A stretch of DNA of 64,000 nt from the human T2T-CHM13v2.0 reference genome, Homo sapiens, in the NCBI RefSeq assembly GCF_009914755.1, contig NC_060946.1, one strand, 5' to 3'. A program made the position numbers and the translations under genes. Numbering within the stretch: position 1 is the stretch's first letter; every line of letters starts with the position of its first letter. The notes beneath the pieces were generated by a model, which saw nothing but the letters and a program-made list of their open reading frames with translations, did no database searches and had not been told where the DNA came from. Below are positions 50,480 through 64,000 of the stretch, in pieces.

Positions 50480-53138
50480 ATGTCCCCTCCGGCCTGGAGG
50501 GCTCCTCTGCCACTTTCTGCCTCCTCCTGTTCTGCTCTCTTCCTTGCCTGCCTGCAGGTGGGGTGGACGTGTCTTTGTTTCTCACGTCCGCAGTGGAGAA
50601 GGTGAGGGGTTGCCAGGGCCCCTCCTGAGAGGCAGAGCCTGGGGGCTTTGCTATCCCAGTCCCCCTTGGTAGGGCACCCCCTCCTCTGGAGGCCACAGTT
50701 ACCTGCAGGACCAGCAAGCAGGGTGGCCTGTCCCAGGGCCGCCTCGTCAGGCGCACTCAGAGGCCTCAGGAGTGCTGCTCCCCAGTGCCCTTGAAGGAGA
50801 TGGAGGGCGCTTCTCTCCCAGTCGGGGCAGCAGTTTGCCAGGCCTGTGAGGATCAGGAGAGCAGAAAGGCCAAGCCCTCAGAGACGCCAGCGAGGAGGGA
50901 GGCCTCTGTGCACAGCAGGAGGTTGAGAGGTTGGTTTGAGGTAAACTTGTGACATATTGTCGGGCTCATCTTTGGCTGAGAAACATCATTAGTAATTTTG
51001 CTGAGTCAGCTGACAACATCACATTCACTGGCGTTGGCTGAGCCCTTCTGCGCTCCAGGCGCTGGTTTGGATTCCCGCGTGCTGCCTTGTGGACTCAGAC
51101 ATATACCAGCGCATTTAATCTTCCAGGAACAACAAGAGGAGGTTCTGTGAGCCTCACCCCAAGCCATCGTTAAGAAATGGAGTTGAACCAAGGACACGGG
51201 AATGCTCCAGAAGTGGTAGCTGTTACTGTGGGGCTATCACTTCTCTGTTGTACAGAGGAGGAAACAGGCTGAGAGAGGCCCTGACTCATCAGTCATCCGG
51301 CTTCGAAGGGACAGACTCAGTGTGAGAGCTGCAGTTCCCTCCCTGAGCAATGGCCAGCGCTGCTCAGAGTCTCTGGGTAGCAGCCAGTGCCCGAGCTCTG
51401 GGCATGCATCCCTGACTCAAGAGCCCCCCAGCACCCATGGCTGCTAGGAGAGGAGGAAGGACGTGCAGGGACCCACAATGCAGTGAAAGAGGGATGCTGT
51501 TTCAGGAAAAAAGCAAGATGTTGGTGAGAGCACGTGGTGGATCCTGAAGTCTCTCTTGGCCAAGTTAGAAACGAGTGGACTTGCCACTGCTTGTGTTGGA
51601 AGAGCTGGTGGAGACGATGAGCAGCCATCCTTGGGCTTCATTTTCTTCTGCCTCGAGGCACCACTCGAGGTGAGGGGTCCTGGTTTTGCCTGGCCGTTCC
51701 TCCCCATCGTCTGTGTCCACTCCCGGCCCACTTCCCACTCTGCCCTGCTTCCTGCCTGCATGACTTACTCTCCACAGAGCTGGCTCCAGCATCTGCTTGG
51801 GCGCCTTTCTGTGGCCTCGCCATGTCCATCTGCTGGTGCGGCCAAGAGCCTTCCCAGCGGCAGCTCATTGCTATTCCAGCCACGCGGCTCCTCTTCCTTC
51901 TCAGGCCCTTCGAATCCTGGGCACTCATTTCCCCCTTGCTGATGCATTAAGAGAAGAAAGATGCTTTGCTGCTGATTGAAGTCAAGTAGCAGGGCCGGTG
52001 GTGGGCGCCTGGGAGGTGGCCAGTGAGGGCTGTTCCTGGGCAGGTCGGGCTGATGATTGTGTACACGTAGAAGTTGTGGGGCAAGGGCGAGGGGCTCATC
52101 CAGTTCCCTCAAGTCTCCCTACTTCCCGTTGTTAACTTGTAAACAGCAGAAATGTCGTGGTGTGTAGGGCACAGACCGTGGGGTGTGGGTGCAGTTGGCA
52201 CTCTCACCCTTAAAGCACGGGCTGGGACTCACAGCCCAGGTCCAGCATGGCCCTGGGTCAGAGTCCTGACCACCCCTGCGCAGCTGGGTGGCAGTGGGCG
52301 GAGACCTGGCCTCTTAGCCGCTTCTTTCTTGCCTCCGAGGTGGAGGAGGTGAGGGGGTCTCGAGGGCACTGGCAGGAGCAGGTTGTGACACTGCATGGGT
52401 ACTTGCTCCCTCCTGGGATGTTGGGGTCTACCCCAAAGCCCACACCTGCCAGGCTGGCCCTTGTGCCCTGCTTGGGGCTCTGCCCCTACTGCTCCCACAA
52501 GTCTTTCTCTTTTGTTGCCATTCTCTTTATCCCTGTGTGAGATATAGGAGAACGATGGAGTCAGGTGAGTGTTTTGCTGCCAAGCCCAGAGCTGATGCTC
52601 GGGTTGGAGCAGGTGGGTGGTTAATTGCACCAGCGCGTCTCTGGCAAACTGATGCCGGAGTGGTCAGCTGGACAGGGGAAGAGATGGATGGATGGGTGGA
52701 TGGCTGGAAGAAAACTAGCCCCAGTAGTTTACTGTGTTAATACACACCCAAATCAGAGATCATATTGAGAATTTTGATTAGGGGTATGTACATTTGTGAT
52801 ATACAGCAAAGATCGATAAGGCAAGAATTTGGAGCCCGACCCTATGCTGTTAGCTGGGGTCATGGAGGGGTAAGGTGCAGCCCCTGCCCTCAGGGAATCT
52901 CAGCACTAGGTAGGTGTGGGGAGGCAGAGAGGTGCAGCCAGGCAGAGCAGCCAGCATGGAGAGGGAGGGAGTGGGCAGGCGCACCTAGGAGGCTGGGGAG
53001 GAGCTGTTCTGGCCCCTTGGGGCCAGGAGGAAAAGGCCATTTAAAAGCCTCTGTCTGCTGCTGGGAGCTGGGATGAGTAGGGCATAGATGTGATCCCTGC
53101 CTACATTCAGCCATAATTGGGTCTGAGTTCCTGGGCAG

Positions 53139-53227
53139 TGAGATACGCCACTGAGGGTTGATGAGATACGCCACTGAGGGTCGGTGAGATACGCCACTGA
53201 GGGTTGGTGAGATACGCCATTGAGGGT
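53139..53227. repeat. 23-bp tandem repeat tgagatacgccactgagggtyg(g/a), 4 copies
   Basis: Units at 53139, 53162, 53185, 53208. Confidence 0.92.
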
Positions 53228-54779
53228 CCTTGCCATTTGGCTCCATGGGAAGGAAGGTGCCGTCCAGGGAGCAGGACTCCCCATCATTGGGACTGTTGGA
53301 CTGAGCAGGGCTCCCGTCATCAGGCTTCATTACTTGCTTGAGTTAGGTGTCCCGTGCACACATCAGCGACTGCCCTTGTCTTGGGTCTGTTTGAGCAGTC
53401 TGGGTCGGGTAACGGTGGCCCAAAAAAGTCTCTCAGGAAGAGTGTGTGTGGGTGGTGGGCCGGGCCGGGCTGGGTAACGCTCCACACTGCTGCTCCCCAG
53501 CCGTGGTGTAGACTGCTCGCCTTCCTCCGCATGACCTGGGTGCCCTTGGGGCTCTGTATGTAAAGTTCTGCTTGCTGTTTAAAGGAATCTCCTCCGGCCG
53601 GGTGCTTGTTAGTGATTGACAGCGTTTGAGTTTGAGTTGGTTTTGAAGGCACAGGGCTGCCTGTGAGCTGACGGTTGATTTGACTTCACCATGGAGCCCT
53701 GAGCGATATCCTTCAGAATGAGCCTGCGCATTTTCAGCAGATGAGGCCACCCCCCTTCCTGATGCAGAAGCCAGAGAGAAGCTGCCGTTTGTCTTGTGCC
53801 CCGTGCCATCCGTCACCAACTCCTCCCTCAGATCTCTGTCTCAGATCCCTCTCCACCCCGTCTGTGCACAGCCACCATCCTGTCTCCTTGTTGGTCTTCT
53901 CACCGCTGCCTGAGCCGTGCAGCTGGCTGGGTCTTAAGGACACAGATGTGGCCACACTCATGTCAACCCCAGGGATTCAGAGGACCCAGGCCTTCTGTCC
54001 TAGAACATGGTCCTATGACAGGGGACCTTAGCAGACCAGCAGGAACTGTCTGAGCAGCATCTGGGGTGGATACAGCTCGCTCCACCTCAGGTTTCCTAGG
54101 GTGGTGGTCTTCAGAGTGGGGTCACGGCATTTTACCCGGGGAAGCTGCAGGGACAGACACAGAATGGAAGGGGCCTGGAGCAGAGGAGATGCAGGGGTGT
54201 CTGACATGGGAGGTGCTGGCGGGCTGCAGTCACAGGGAGGGGTCCAGCAGCCGCCTCCTACACTGCCTTTCCCTGCCTTGCTGCCTAGGCCCAGCCACTC
54301 AGGAGAGAACCCGTGAGGTCAGCCCACCTGGCAGGTGCCTGACCCTGCCTTAGCCCCGGGTCTGTGGCATTCTGGCCTGGGAGTCAGGCTGAATGCAGTG
54401 TTGTTGGATTCCGAGGCTGTTTTGATGTCAAGTTTGGTCATTTTAGGAAGTCGGTAGGTGGGTTTCAGCCAGAATCGCCCCTTCCTCAGTCAGGTTGAGG
54501 CTGCCGCAAATGAGCGCTGGGCAGCTGGCTGGGGTTCTCTCCTTGTTCCCCTCCCAGTCAGTCCCAAGCTCCTCCTTCCACGGGAGCAGAAGTTCTTGCC
54601 TCCCACCCCATGGTCCCTTAGGCCACCGTCCCGCCTTCCCCTGCACTTTGCAGCAGGATTTTACAAGTTTCCTTCCAGGTGCAGGGAACCAGGGTGGCTC
54701 GAACCCAGATGGACAGTGCTACACTTTCTTTCCGGGAGCCGTGGGCACATCCCTCACTTCACTAAGCCAAGTGGAAATG

Positions 54780-55141
54780 TGTATTAGTTTGTTCTGACAC
54801 TGCTAATAAAGACATACCTGAGACTGGGTAATTGATACAGAAAAAGAGGTTTAATGAAGTCACAGTTCCACATGGCTGGGGAGGCCTCACAATCATCATG
54901 GAAGACGAAGGAGGAGCAAAAGCGCGTCTTACATAGCGGCAGGCAAGAGGGCGTGTGCAGGGAGCCGCCCTTTATAAAACCGTCAGATCTCATGAGACTT
55001 ACTCACTATCGCGAGAATAGCACAGGAAAACCATTCCCGTGATTCAGTGACCTCCCACTGGGTCCCTCCCATAACACGTGGGGATTATGGGAGCTACAAT
55101 TCAAGATGAAATTTGGGTTGGGACACAGTCAGACCACATCA
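54780..55141 (-). mobile_element. THE1B/THE1C-type solo LTR with 5-bp TSD
   Basis: tgtattagt...ctgctaataaagacatacctgagactgggtaat...gagctacaattcaagatga...ccacatca; TSD aaatg at 54775-54779 and 55142-55146. Confidence 0.93.
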
Positions 55142-55849
55142 AAATGGTTACCCCTGCCCCATGGGGGTTTATAAGGTGAAATGCAACTACACTTGTAAAG
55201 GGACCTGCTGGGCAGTTGATGGGTGAAGATCCTGGGCTTGTGGTCAGGCAGGCCCCACGAGGATCTCAGCTGCGTCATTGCTACTGTGTGGCACCAGCGC
55301 AGGGCCTCGACCCCCCTTGGGCTGCCCTAGGTGCAGCAAGGATTGCAGGCCAAGGGACTGGCACAGCAAGGACTGCCCAGCAGATCTGAGCTCCGGTGGC
55401 CACTGTTGTCTCAGCAAGCAACAGGCTAGCTTCACGCCACACCCTGCGTGCGGACTCCTGTGTCTGGCCCAGACAGCTGGAGCTCCCTGCCCTTAGTGGG
55501 TCTTTGTGTCTCAAAGGTGGCTCTGAGGGGCTGGCCTCCTCCCCATGCCGTGCAGGCCTGGAGCTGCTTGTTACTGACTTGACTTTCTTCTCGGACTCCT
55601 ATGATCCTGTCCCTCTCCCTGCCCCCCAGCTTATGATTCCACCCGCCCGACAGAAGCCATCACAGGGCCAGTGCTCTGCAGCCAGGCCAGCCCTGCGAGA
55701 ACGAGTTCAGCCCTCAGCCCCACCGTCCTTCCTCTTCCCGGCTCCTTGTGGTGGTTATGACCACCCAGTCTAGTCCAGCATTAGAGCCCTCCTTCCCCTC
55801 ACCTTAGCTCTTGCCTCCCCTCCCTTGTCTACTCTTCTCTGATCCCTCT

Positions 55850-56135
55850 GCCCTCTCTTCTGCTTGCTCCAGGCCACTGTCCCCTGGTTCCGAGTTACAC
55901 ATTATCATGTACCTGTGATTCCCTGTTAGCAAGGAGGCAGGGCTCAGAGAGATGTCCAGGTGGACAGGCTGGGTCCCTGGAGAGCCACAGTGGCTCTGCC
56001 CCACCAGGCTCGCTGAGGCCCAGGCCTTGGTGGGGTTGGTCCGTAGGTCCCAGCGCTCAGAACAGCTTCTGACCCAGCCGTGTTGCTCTGTGACTGTTGG
56101 TTGAATAAGGTGGCATAAGTGAAATGGAATGACTA
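55850..56135 (+). mobile_element. L2 3' fragment
   Basis: ggaggcagggct...cccagcgctcagaacag...tgttggttgaata..tgaaatggaatga. Confidence 0.45.
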
Positions 56136-56339
56136 AGGAGCATGAATGGGGCCCGCTGGACCCAGGTGAAGGAGACAGATCTTGAGCAGTGGTGGGGCCC
56201 TGGGGAACCTCTCCCCATACCCCTCCCTCAGTTGAGGGTGAAGAAGGACCAGTCATCATCACACAAGAACTGCGGAGTGTCCAGGTCCTGCGCTGGACAC
56301 TCTACACGTCCCCTGTCATCCTGGGCACTCCACACACCC

Positions 56340-56475
56340 CTGTCATCCTGAGAGCTGCTGCGTTCAGTAAGCGTTGTGATGGCCACCTTACAGATGAGAA
56401 CATCAAGGCTCGGCCAGGGTAGGTGCTCTTGTCCAAAGCCATCCAGCTGGTAAGTAGCAAAGCGCTGGGGGACAG
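56340..56475 (-). mobile_element. MIR remnant
   Basis: ccaccttacagatgagaacatcaaggctc...cttgtccaaagccatccagctggtaagtagcaaagc. Confidence 0.65.
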
Positions 56476-57432
56476 GCCATGCCGTGTGGGCGCCTCCACT
56501 GTCTGGCACCTGGATTTTCTGCCAGGGTCCTACTGGGCATCTTGAACACACTGGTGTGGGTGCGCACGCGTCTGGTGTGGGAGCCCTTTCTTGACGCTGT
56601 AAGAGAGCAGTGAGAACTAGAAGGTGCAGACAGGAGGGCGTTGCACTGGCAGCGTCCCCCCGGCCTCTCACACCAGCGCCCACTCTCACTTCACTTTTCA
56701 GAAGCCATAGCTTTGCGCCTTCTTTCCACGGGAGTCATTTGAGCTGCATGTAAAAGTTTTAAAGTTTTCTCCTGAGCACTAAATTGGGAGCGTGTATGTG
56801 TGTTTCCACCCCCAATGTGAGCAAGTCTGTGTCTGTCACCCAAAGATACTTGTTTAATTGAAGGATTCCTTAAATTATTTTAAGGAATGAAGAATTACCG
56901 ATCTCCTGAAAGGCAGTTTTTTAAGCTCCCACCTCCAAGTGTGTAAGCCTCAAAGGTCCCTCTCTCTGTCATGAGCTAATTGGAATGAAATGCAGGTGCC
57001 GTTTCTGCCTGAGCTCCAGCAGCATCCCTGCGCTTTCAGGTCTGAGCCAGCACATGTTTCTGGCATTTAGACTTTACGGTAACAGCAGGGATCTTATGAT
57101 TATTACTAAAGATGGTTTTGGAAGAGGACCATCTGTGACTATAAAAGTGCACAGTTTCAGTTATGCAAACGAGTGCTGTGGTGTTTGTGTGTTTCACAGA
57201 AGATGAGCTCCAGGCCAAGCTTCTCTGTTCCAGGGTACAGGAGGCTGCAGGAGCGTCGCACAGCCGCCCGATCTGCAGGGAACTGCCCATGACATGGCCG
57301 TCCTCCTGTCAGAAGAGGACTCTGGGGGCTCGAGATCCTGGAGAAAAGGCCTCATTTGGACAGGACTGTGGCAGTTTATGTCCTGATTGTTGGTGCATGT
57401 TTTATGCACGTGTTGGCTCCGTTTATCATTAA

Positions 57433-57967
<535 letters not shown>

Positions 57968-58311
57968 TCTGACTTTCTTTTTGGGAGAAGTTGGTGATGG
58001 TTCAGCAGACAAATAATTGCCAAATTACATAGGAGGAAAATGCTGCCAGAAAGGGCACACAATTTAGCGGAGTCAGTCCAGCAGCAGGTGCCTTTGGAGG
58101 CTCCCCTGGTGTCCCATGTGTCTGAGGTTGCTTCCCTTCCATTAGCGCCATGCCGCTCGACTCCCATCATCGGGGCGGTTGCAGAAGACAGGTGGTCATT
58201 TATATTTTATTGTCAGGGGCCTTGTCTTTGCCTACTGAAGATATATTTGCAGCCCCTGGAATGACACTTGGGATCATTCAAGGTAACCACCGGAACCGCT
58301 CGCATGCGACC

Positions 58312-58552
58312 TCCTGGAAAGGTTGAGCCACGCTGTCTTCCTCGGTGCCCTCACCACGGTCCTGGAAAGGTTGAGCCACGCTGTCTTCCTCGGTGCCCTC
58401 ACCACCGTCCTGGAAAGGTTGAGCCACGCTGTCTTCCTCGGTGCCCTCACCACGGTCCTGGAAAGGTTGAGCCACGCTGTCTTCCTCGGTGCCCTCACCA
58501 CGGTCCTGGAAACGTTAAGCCACGCTGTCTTCCTCGGTGCCCTCACCACCGT
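58312..58552. repeat. 48-bp VNTR tcctggaaaggttgagccacgctgtcttcctcggtgccctcaccacgg, 5 copies
   Basis: Units at 58312, 58360, 58408, 58456, 58504. Confidence 0.97.
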
Positions 58553-59060
58553 TCTCTGTAAAGGTGCTCAGATGCTTTCCTTGGGGCAGATACGGGGCCT
58601 GGCTTGCTCTCCCAGAGATGCCCAGGTGTGCAGGGCCTCTTCCTCCTCCCCTCACTCTCTCCTCTGCCTTGGTCGTGGTCCCTGCTTGGTTCCCTGGTTC
58701 TGGTAGTCCCTCGAGAGGGGATGTCCTTTCCTGCTCGTCCTCAGCCACCAGCACTTGGCAGAGCCCTTGCTACACGAGCAGCTCTCACAGAAGCTTCGAG
58801 CGCAGATCCAAGGGTGGCTTCCGATCCCTCACCGCAGCTTCCCCACACAGTCCTAAACATATTTGCAGCGTTTTGTTTTGTCTCTTCTGTAGCCTTAGAC
58901 AAGCTGGGCTCCAGCATATGCCCCTTTTCACCTGACTCCTTCCACTCTCCATAGTCATCTAGAGATTTAGCCAGGATTTTGCATTGTCGGTGGTTTGTGT
59001 CTTTGTGTAGTGGAGTGGTTTGTCATCGTAAAGGATTCTTTCCTTAAAAGTGTTCATCTA

Positions 59061-59435
<375 letters not shown>

Positions 59436-59460
59436 TCAGTCAGAACGCGGATTGTTTTCC

Positions 59461-59635
59461 CAGGGTTCCGGCAGTGTGGACCCTGGACCAGCAGCCTCAG
59501 CATCACCTGGAAACTTGCTAGAAAAGCACATTCTCAGGCCCTACCCAGGCCTCCTGAATCGGAAGCTCTGGGTGTCCCGGCAGTCTGTGTGCTCCTGGGA
59601 ATTTGGACACCTGCTTGTGTCTGAGGTCTGAGGTC
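59461..59635. mobile_element. MER5A (hAT-Charlie)
   Basis: gtgtggaccctggaccagcagcctcagcatcacctggaaacttgctagaaaagcacattctcaggccc...tgaatcggaagctctggg. Confidence 0.8.
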
Positions 59636-59791
59636 CATTCTCTGTGGGGTGAGGGAGGATGAGGGCTGGGCCTGCTGGCTTTACAGTCAGCTCGGAAGCA
59701 GCACGTGGCTGTCTGGACAAAGCCTTTGGTGTTGCTTCCTTTGTCCTGAACCAATGTCCGTGTGTTCCTTTCTGTTTTATTCCAGAATACG

Positions 59792-59879
59792 GTGCATGGT
59801 GGTTCCTCTAGCGTGAGTGCCGTAGTGATTTCTACAGTGCATGGTGCTTCCTCTAGCGTGAGTGCCGTAGTGACTTCTA
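59792..59879. repeat. 45-bp tandem duplication gtgcatggtgsttcctctagcgtgagtgccgtagtgayttcta
   Basis: Two near-identical copies. Confidence 0.88.
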
Positions 59880-60934
59880 TTCCTGTCACGACATAAAATG
59901 CAGCCATAGGTGCAGCTTCGTGTGGAAAAGACTAGGAACACGAGGCAAATCCCTGGTCGACCTTAGGAAGTGGGTGAGGGGAGAAGCCTGGGGGCCCACA
60001 GAACTCTGCACAAACTGCGTATCTGTGAGCCAAACCATTGTTATTTTAAGTCATTAAGTTTGGGGTGACTTGTTTAATCCAGATGAACCTGCAGGCTGCC
60101 CAGGTTATCTATGAGTGGTGGGTGGTGGCAAAGAGCAGCCATTCCAAGCAGAGGAAGAAGACTGGCTCATAGGACCGCACTCCACAGCCCCCCAGGCCAC
60201 CATGTGCAACGAGTTAGCTTGGTACTGCATCTGGGAAAAAGCCTGAAGGTGAGAAACAGCAGCGAGCGCAGGAACATGGAAACAGGGAGAAGGTGCCACT
60301 GTGGTGACCCCAGAGGAAGGAGGCCATCTGAAGGCAGGCACGGTGGAGAAACAGGATGGGCAGTTCTGGGTGCAGGAGCAGCAGGACTCGGTGGAGGATG
60401 GACAGAAGGAGGAGTCTAGGCCAAGGGCCTCACCCCTGGCTGAAGAATCGCTGGGGCTCAGGAGCCACAGATGCTCGGATCCCGCCTCCAGGGTTCCCAA
60501 TCTCATGGGACACTGGTAGTCAAACCACCCCGGATGGCTCTGATGCGCAGCCAAGGCTGTGCGTGACTCTGGGGCCAGGGCTAGTGGCTGTCACTAAGGG
60601 CCACCCAGCAGGAGCGGTCTGAGGGTAGGTGAAGAGGTTCCCTTAGGATTTGGGGAGATGGAAGTTAGGCCCGGCCTCGTCCTGGAGCCCCGTGGGTGGA
60701 AGGGAGGCCTCGTCTGGGTGATGGAGAGGACAGCCTGCAGAGAGACCGGCGGGGGTGTGCACCAGGGCATACTGAGCCTGGCCATTGTGGTACAAGGCCT
60801 GGGTACTACCAGCCTCGTGCCTGCTGGGGGTCCGGGAATGTTTGGGGAGCACTGTGTTGAGGGTGAGCCTGGGTGCCCCTCCAGTCACACCTGAGGAGGT
60901 GAAGAATGTCAGGACTGGGCTGTCACTCGCGTGG

Positions 60935-61425
60935 AGTATCCATGTCCTAGAGCTGCCATGTGTCACACACTGAGGGCTTATAGGCCTGAGAGTTCTGGAA
61001 TTGGGGTGTGGGCAGGGCTGGTTCGCTCTGGAAGCTTCGAGGGAGAATCTGCCCCATGCTTCCCCTTCCCGCCTCCATGTGTTACCAGTCATCCTCGGCA
61101 TTCCTGACTCATGGCAGCCTCACTCCAGTCTTTGCCTCTGTCGCTACGTAGCCTTCTCCCATTGTGTGGCTGTGTCCACGTTTTCCTCTTCTGTGAGGAC
61201 ACCCATCGTTGGATCAGGGCCCCCCTACTCCAGTGTGGCCTCCTCTGAACTGCATCTTCAGGTGCCCTGTTTTCCTCTTCTGTGAGGACACCCGTCATTG
61301 GATCAGGGCCCCCCCTACTCCAGTGTGGCCTCCTCTGAACTGCATCTCCAGATGCCGTTTTCCAGGGAGGCCACGTTCACAGGAACCACCAGGACCGGGG
61401 CTTGAGGGACACGGATCCACTCGCT
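60935..61425 (-). mobile_element. MLT1C-like MaLR LTR with internal ~89-bp tandem duplication (61180-61357)
   Basis: gggcagggctgg...gagggagaatctg..ccatgc, atcctcggcattcct, cactccagtctttgcctc, ttttcctcttctgtgaggacacc..ttggatcagggccc occurs twice. Confidence 0.75.
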
Positions 61426-62103
61426 GTGGACAGGCCCTCGTGGAGCAGGGCTGATGCGTTGCCGTTGCCGGGGAGCCGCTGCCGGCACCCGTGCTCTCTC
61501 TGTGGTGAACTGGCCCTCCTCTCCCGCTCAGCAGTTTAACAGGCCAGTGCAAGCTGCTCAGTTCCCGGGCAGCGGTGCCGGGCGGTCATGCCGCTCTAAG
61601 CCAGGCAGGTTTGTCCACAGGAGGCCACTTGTGGTTCAGCAAACACAGAATTAGAAAACCAGAATCCCTGTTGCACGTCTCTGCAGATGGAGCTGTTCAG
61701 CTCAGTATGGTTAATGTCAGGGAGGATTAACTGGTTCAGTCTGATCCATTTACCTGATGGTATTTTATTTTAAGTACAGAGGTGGTAGTACATTTTCAGA
61801 AAACATTATTCCTTTTCTTACTGCTGCGAATGCACTGTCATTAAACGTGGCTTTAAGGCCAAGCTGGGCCTGGCCCTGCCCAGCCGTGCTCAGCACTGCC
61901 CCCTCGTCCTCCTCAGGGCCTGGCAGGGCTCTGTGGTGACTGTCGCCATCACCGTAACGCAGGACCAGATGATTTGGAAGGAATCCTAGGGGCATCTGGG
62001 TATTCATAAACGCTGAGATTGTCCCTCTAAGTGTCTCCTGTCTACCATCTTACTCAGGATCGCTGGCCCATTACGGTGTCAGGAATGTGCTGCTTTTAAT
62101 TAA

Positions 62104-62582
<479 letters not shown>

Positions 62583-64000
62583 AAGGCTTTTTTAAGCAAG
62601 AGGAATCTCAATTATAAATTAAGGTTATTTTTTAGTTCTTTTTGGTTCCTCACTAACATTAGTGAAAAGCGAAGTTCCGAGAGTTCAGTCTCACAGGTGG
62701 GCTCTGTGCAGGTGGTAGCCTTTCTCCACGGGGCAGGGCTCACGACCCTCCTGCCAGCCTCCCCTGTGGCTGGACACTCCTGGACCTGCTTCTGTTGGGG
62801 GGCAGGCCTGGCTCCCTGCCCCTCCCCTGCCTGCCCTTGGGGGAGAGTTAAGAAACAAGTATTAGTGAAGATTTCATTGTGTTTTTGCTGTGGGTCTCCA
62901 CGAGGACTTAGCAGGCCTCGGAGTTGGGACTGGGTTGGATTGAGGGAGACCTGCGTGAGTCACATCCTCAGTTTCCCCATCTGACTTGAGGAAGCTGCAA
63001 AGTTCTAAGGTCTAGAAGCAGCTGGTTTTTAGTGTTGTGTTTTGTTTCAAGTGAGTGACTTCAGGTGAGGAGATGCGGGTTCCTTGGCCACGTCGTGAAT
63101 CCTGCTCTGAGTTCCTCAGTTCCCCCTGTGTCCAGCTGTGCGTGGGGTGGGAAGGAAGGAGGATCGGGAGAAATGCAGTGTCCCCCTGGGAATACACTGA
63201 GTGAGTGGACCTTGGGCACACTGGACCCATGCCTAGCAGACAACTGGACATGTAGATCCAGGAAAAGAGCCCTCCTCTGAGTCACGCCACCCTGTGCGTC
63301 ATGGGAGATAAAGACTTGTATTAAACAAGCTGGTGGAAAGAAACACATTTATCGAGGATCGTTAGGGAAGGTGATTGATGTCATCAAAACACTTTGCATT
63401 GCAACATGCCAACAGCATTTTGGGAACTAAGCTGCTGGGGACTAGATAAACCAAGGCATATGGGTACAGCTCACAGGCGTTTCTTAAAAAGCTGGTTTTG
63501 TTGAAAAGGAAATGCATCTTAAAATTCACACAAACAATGGCAAAGCCACCTGGTGCTCACGCAGGAGGATGTGGTGCTGCCTGAATCCTGAAGTGGGTGG
63601 CACCCACGAGGGGGGTTCCTCGGAATGCTGGTGGCGTGTGCCGGGACGTACGTGCGGGACTAGAGGGCACATGAGGGGATGCTCGAGTCAGGGGAGGTCG
63701 GGAGGGAGGGAGGGCCAAGCTTTGGCTGCCCAAGGGTGCACAGTATATCATGGCTCAGCCCCGCGAAGAGACGCTCCTCTTGAGGGCACCTGTCCCTCTG
63801 TTTGCATCCCTTGGTGAGGGACCAAGCGTGTGCGGAGGGAGGCTGGGAAGCACAGCCTGGCTGTGTGTCCACTATAAGGTATTCCCGTGGAAGGCAAAGC
63901 ACAGCGTTAACAGAGTGCTGGCCAGCTCTGTCCCACAGTTCCCTGTACCTTGGCACGCAGCAGCTCGGGAGGCAGCACTTGCCCAGGCAGCCAGCCTCTT

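Noticed and set aside
59760-59790. Strong-looking acceptor ttctgttttattccag (also ttttattttcttcag ending at 40155)
   Set aside because: No convincing paired donor or conserved reading frame; such pseudo-acceptors are common in long introns

Overview
Primate (very probably human) genomic DNA from the GC-rich distal part of chr22q13, inside the TBC1D22A gene (Rab-GAP, Gyp1-like TBC domain) on the + strand. Only one convincing coding exon is present: 34356-34483, 128 nt, encoding (E)QVHRHLDQHEVRYLQFAFRWMNNLLMREVPLRCTIRLWDTYQ. Everything else is intron. It holds Alu, L1, L2, MIR, MaLR/ERVL LTR and hAT DNA-transposon remnants, plus an unusually dense set of minisatellites and low-complexity tracts, including a 2.7 kb CA/TA-rich tract and a 0.5 kb CAT/CAC tract. 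The many long ORFs in the track are artefacts of repeats or GC richness. I found no evidence for a new protein-coding or CRISPR-like system. The most interesting sequence-level observations are: (1) a candidate intronic-polyadenylation isoform with a 58-aa alternative C-terminus; (2) a candidate recursive-splice site or 25-nt micro-exon at 38391-38421; (3) several minisatellites born inside old transposons; (4) a micro inverted triplication; (5) a twin-primed L1PB insertion with a 16-bp TSD; (6) a local templated duplication that preserves the empty site of a tiny Alu insertion. Repeat subfamily names are recalled from consensus sequences by eye, and their boundaries are approximate.
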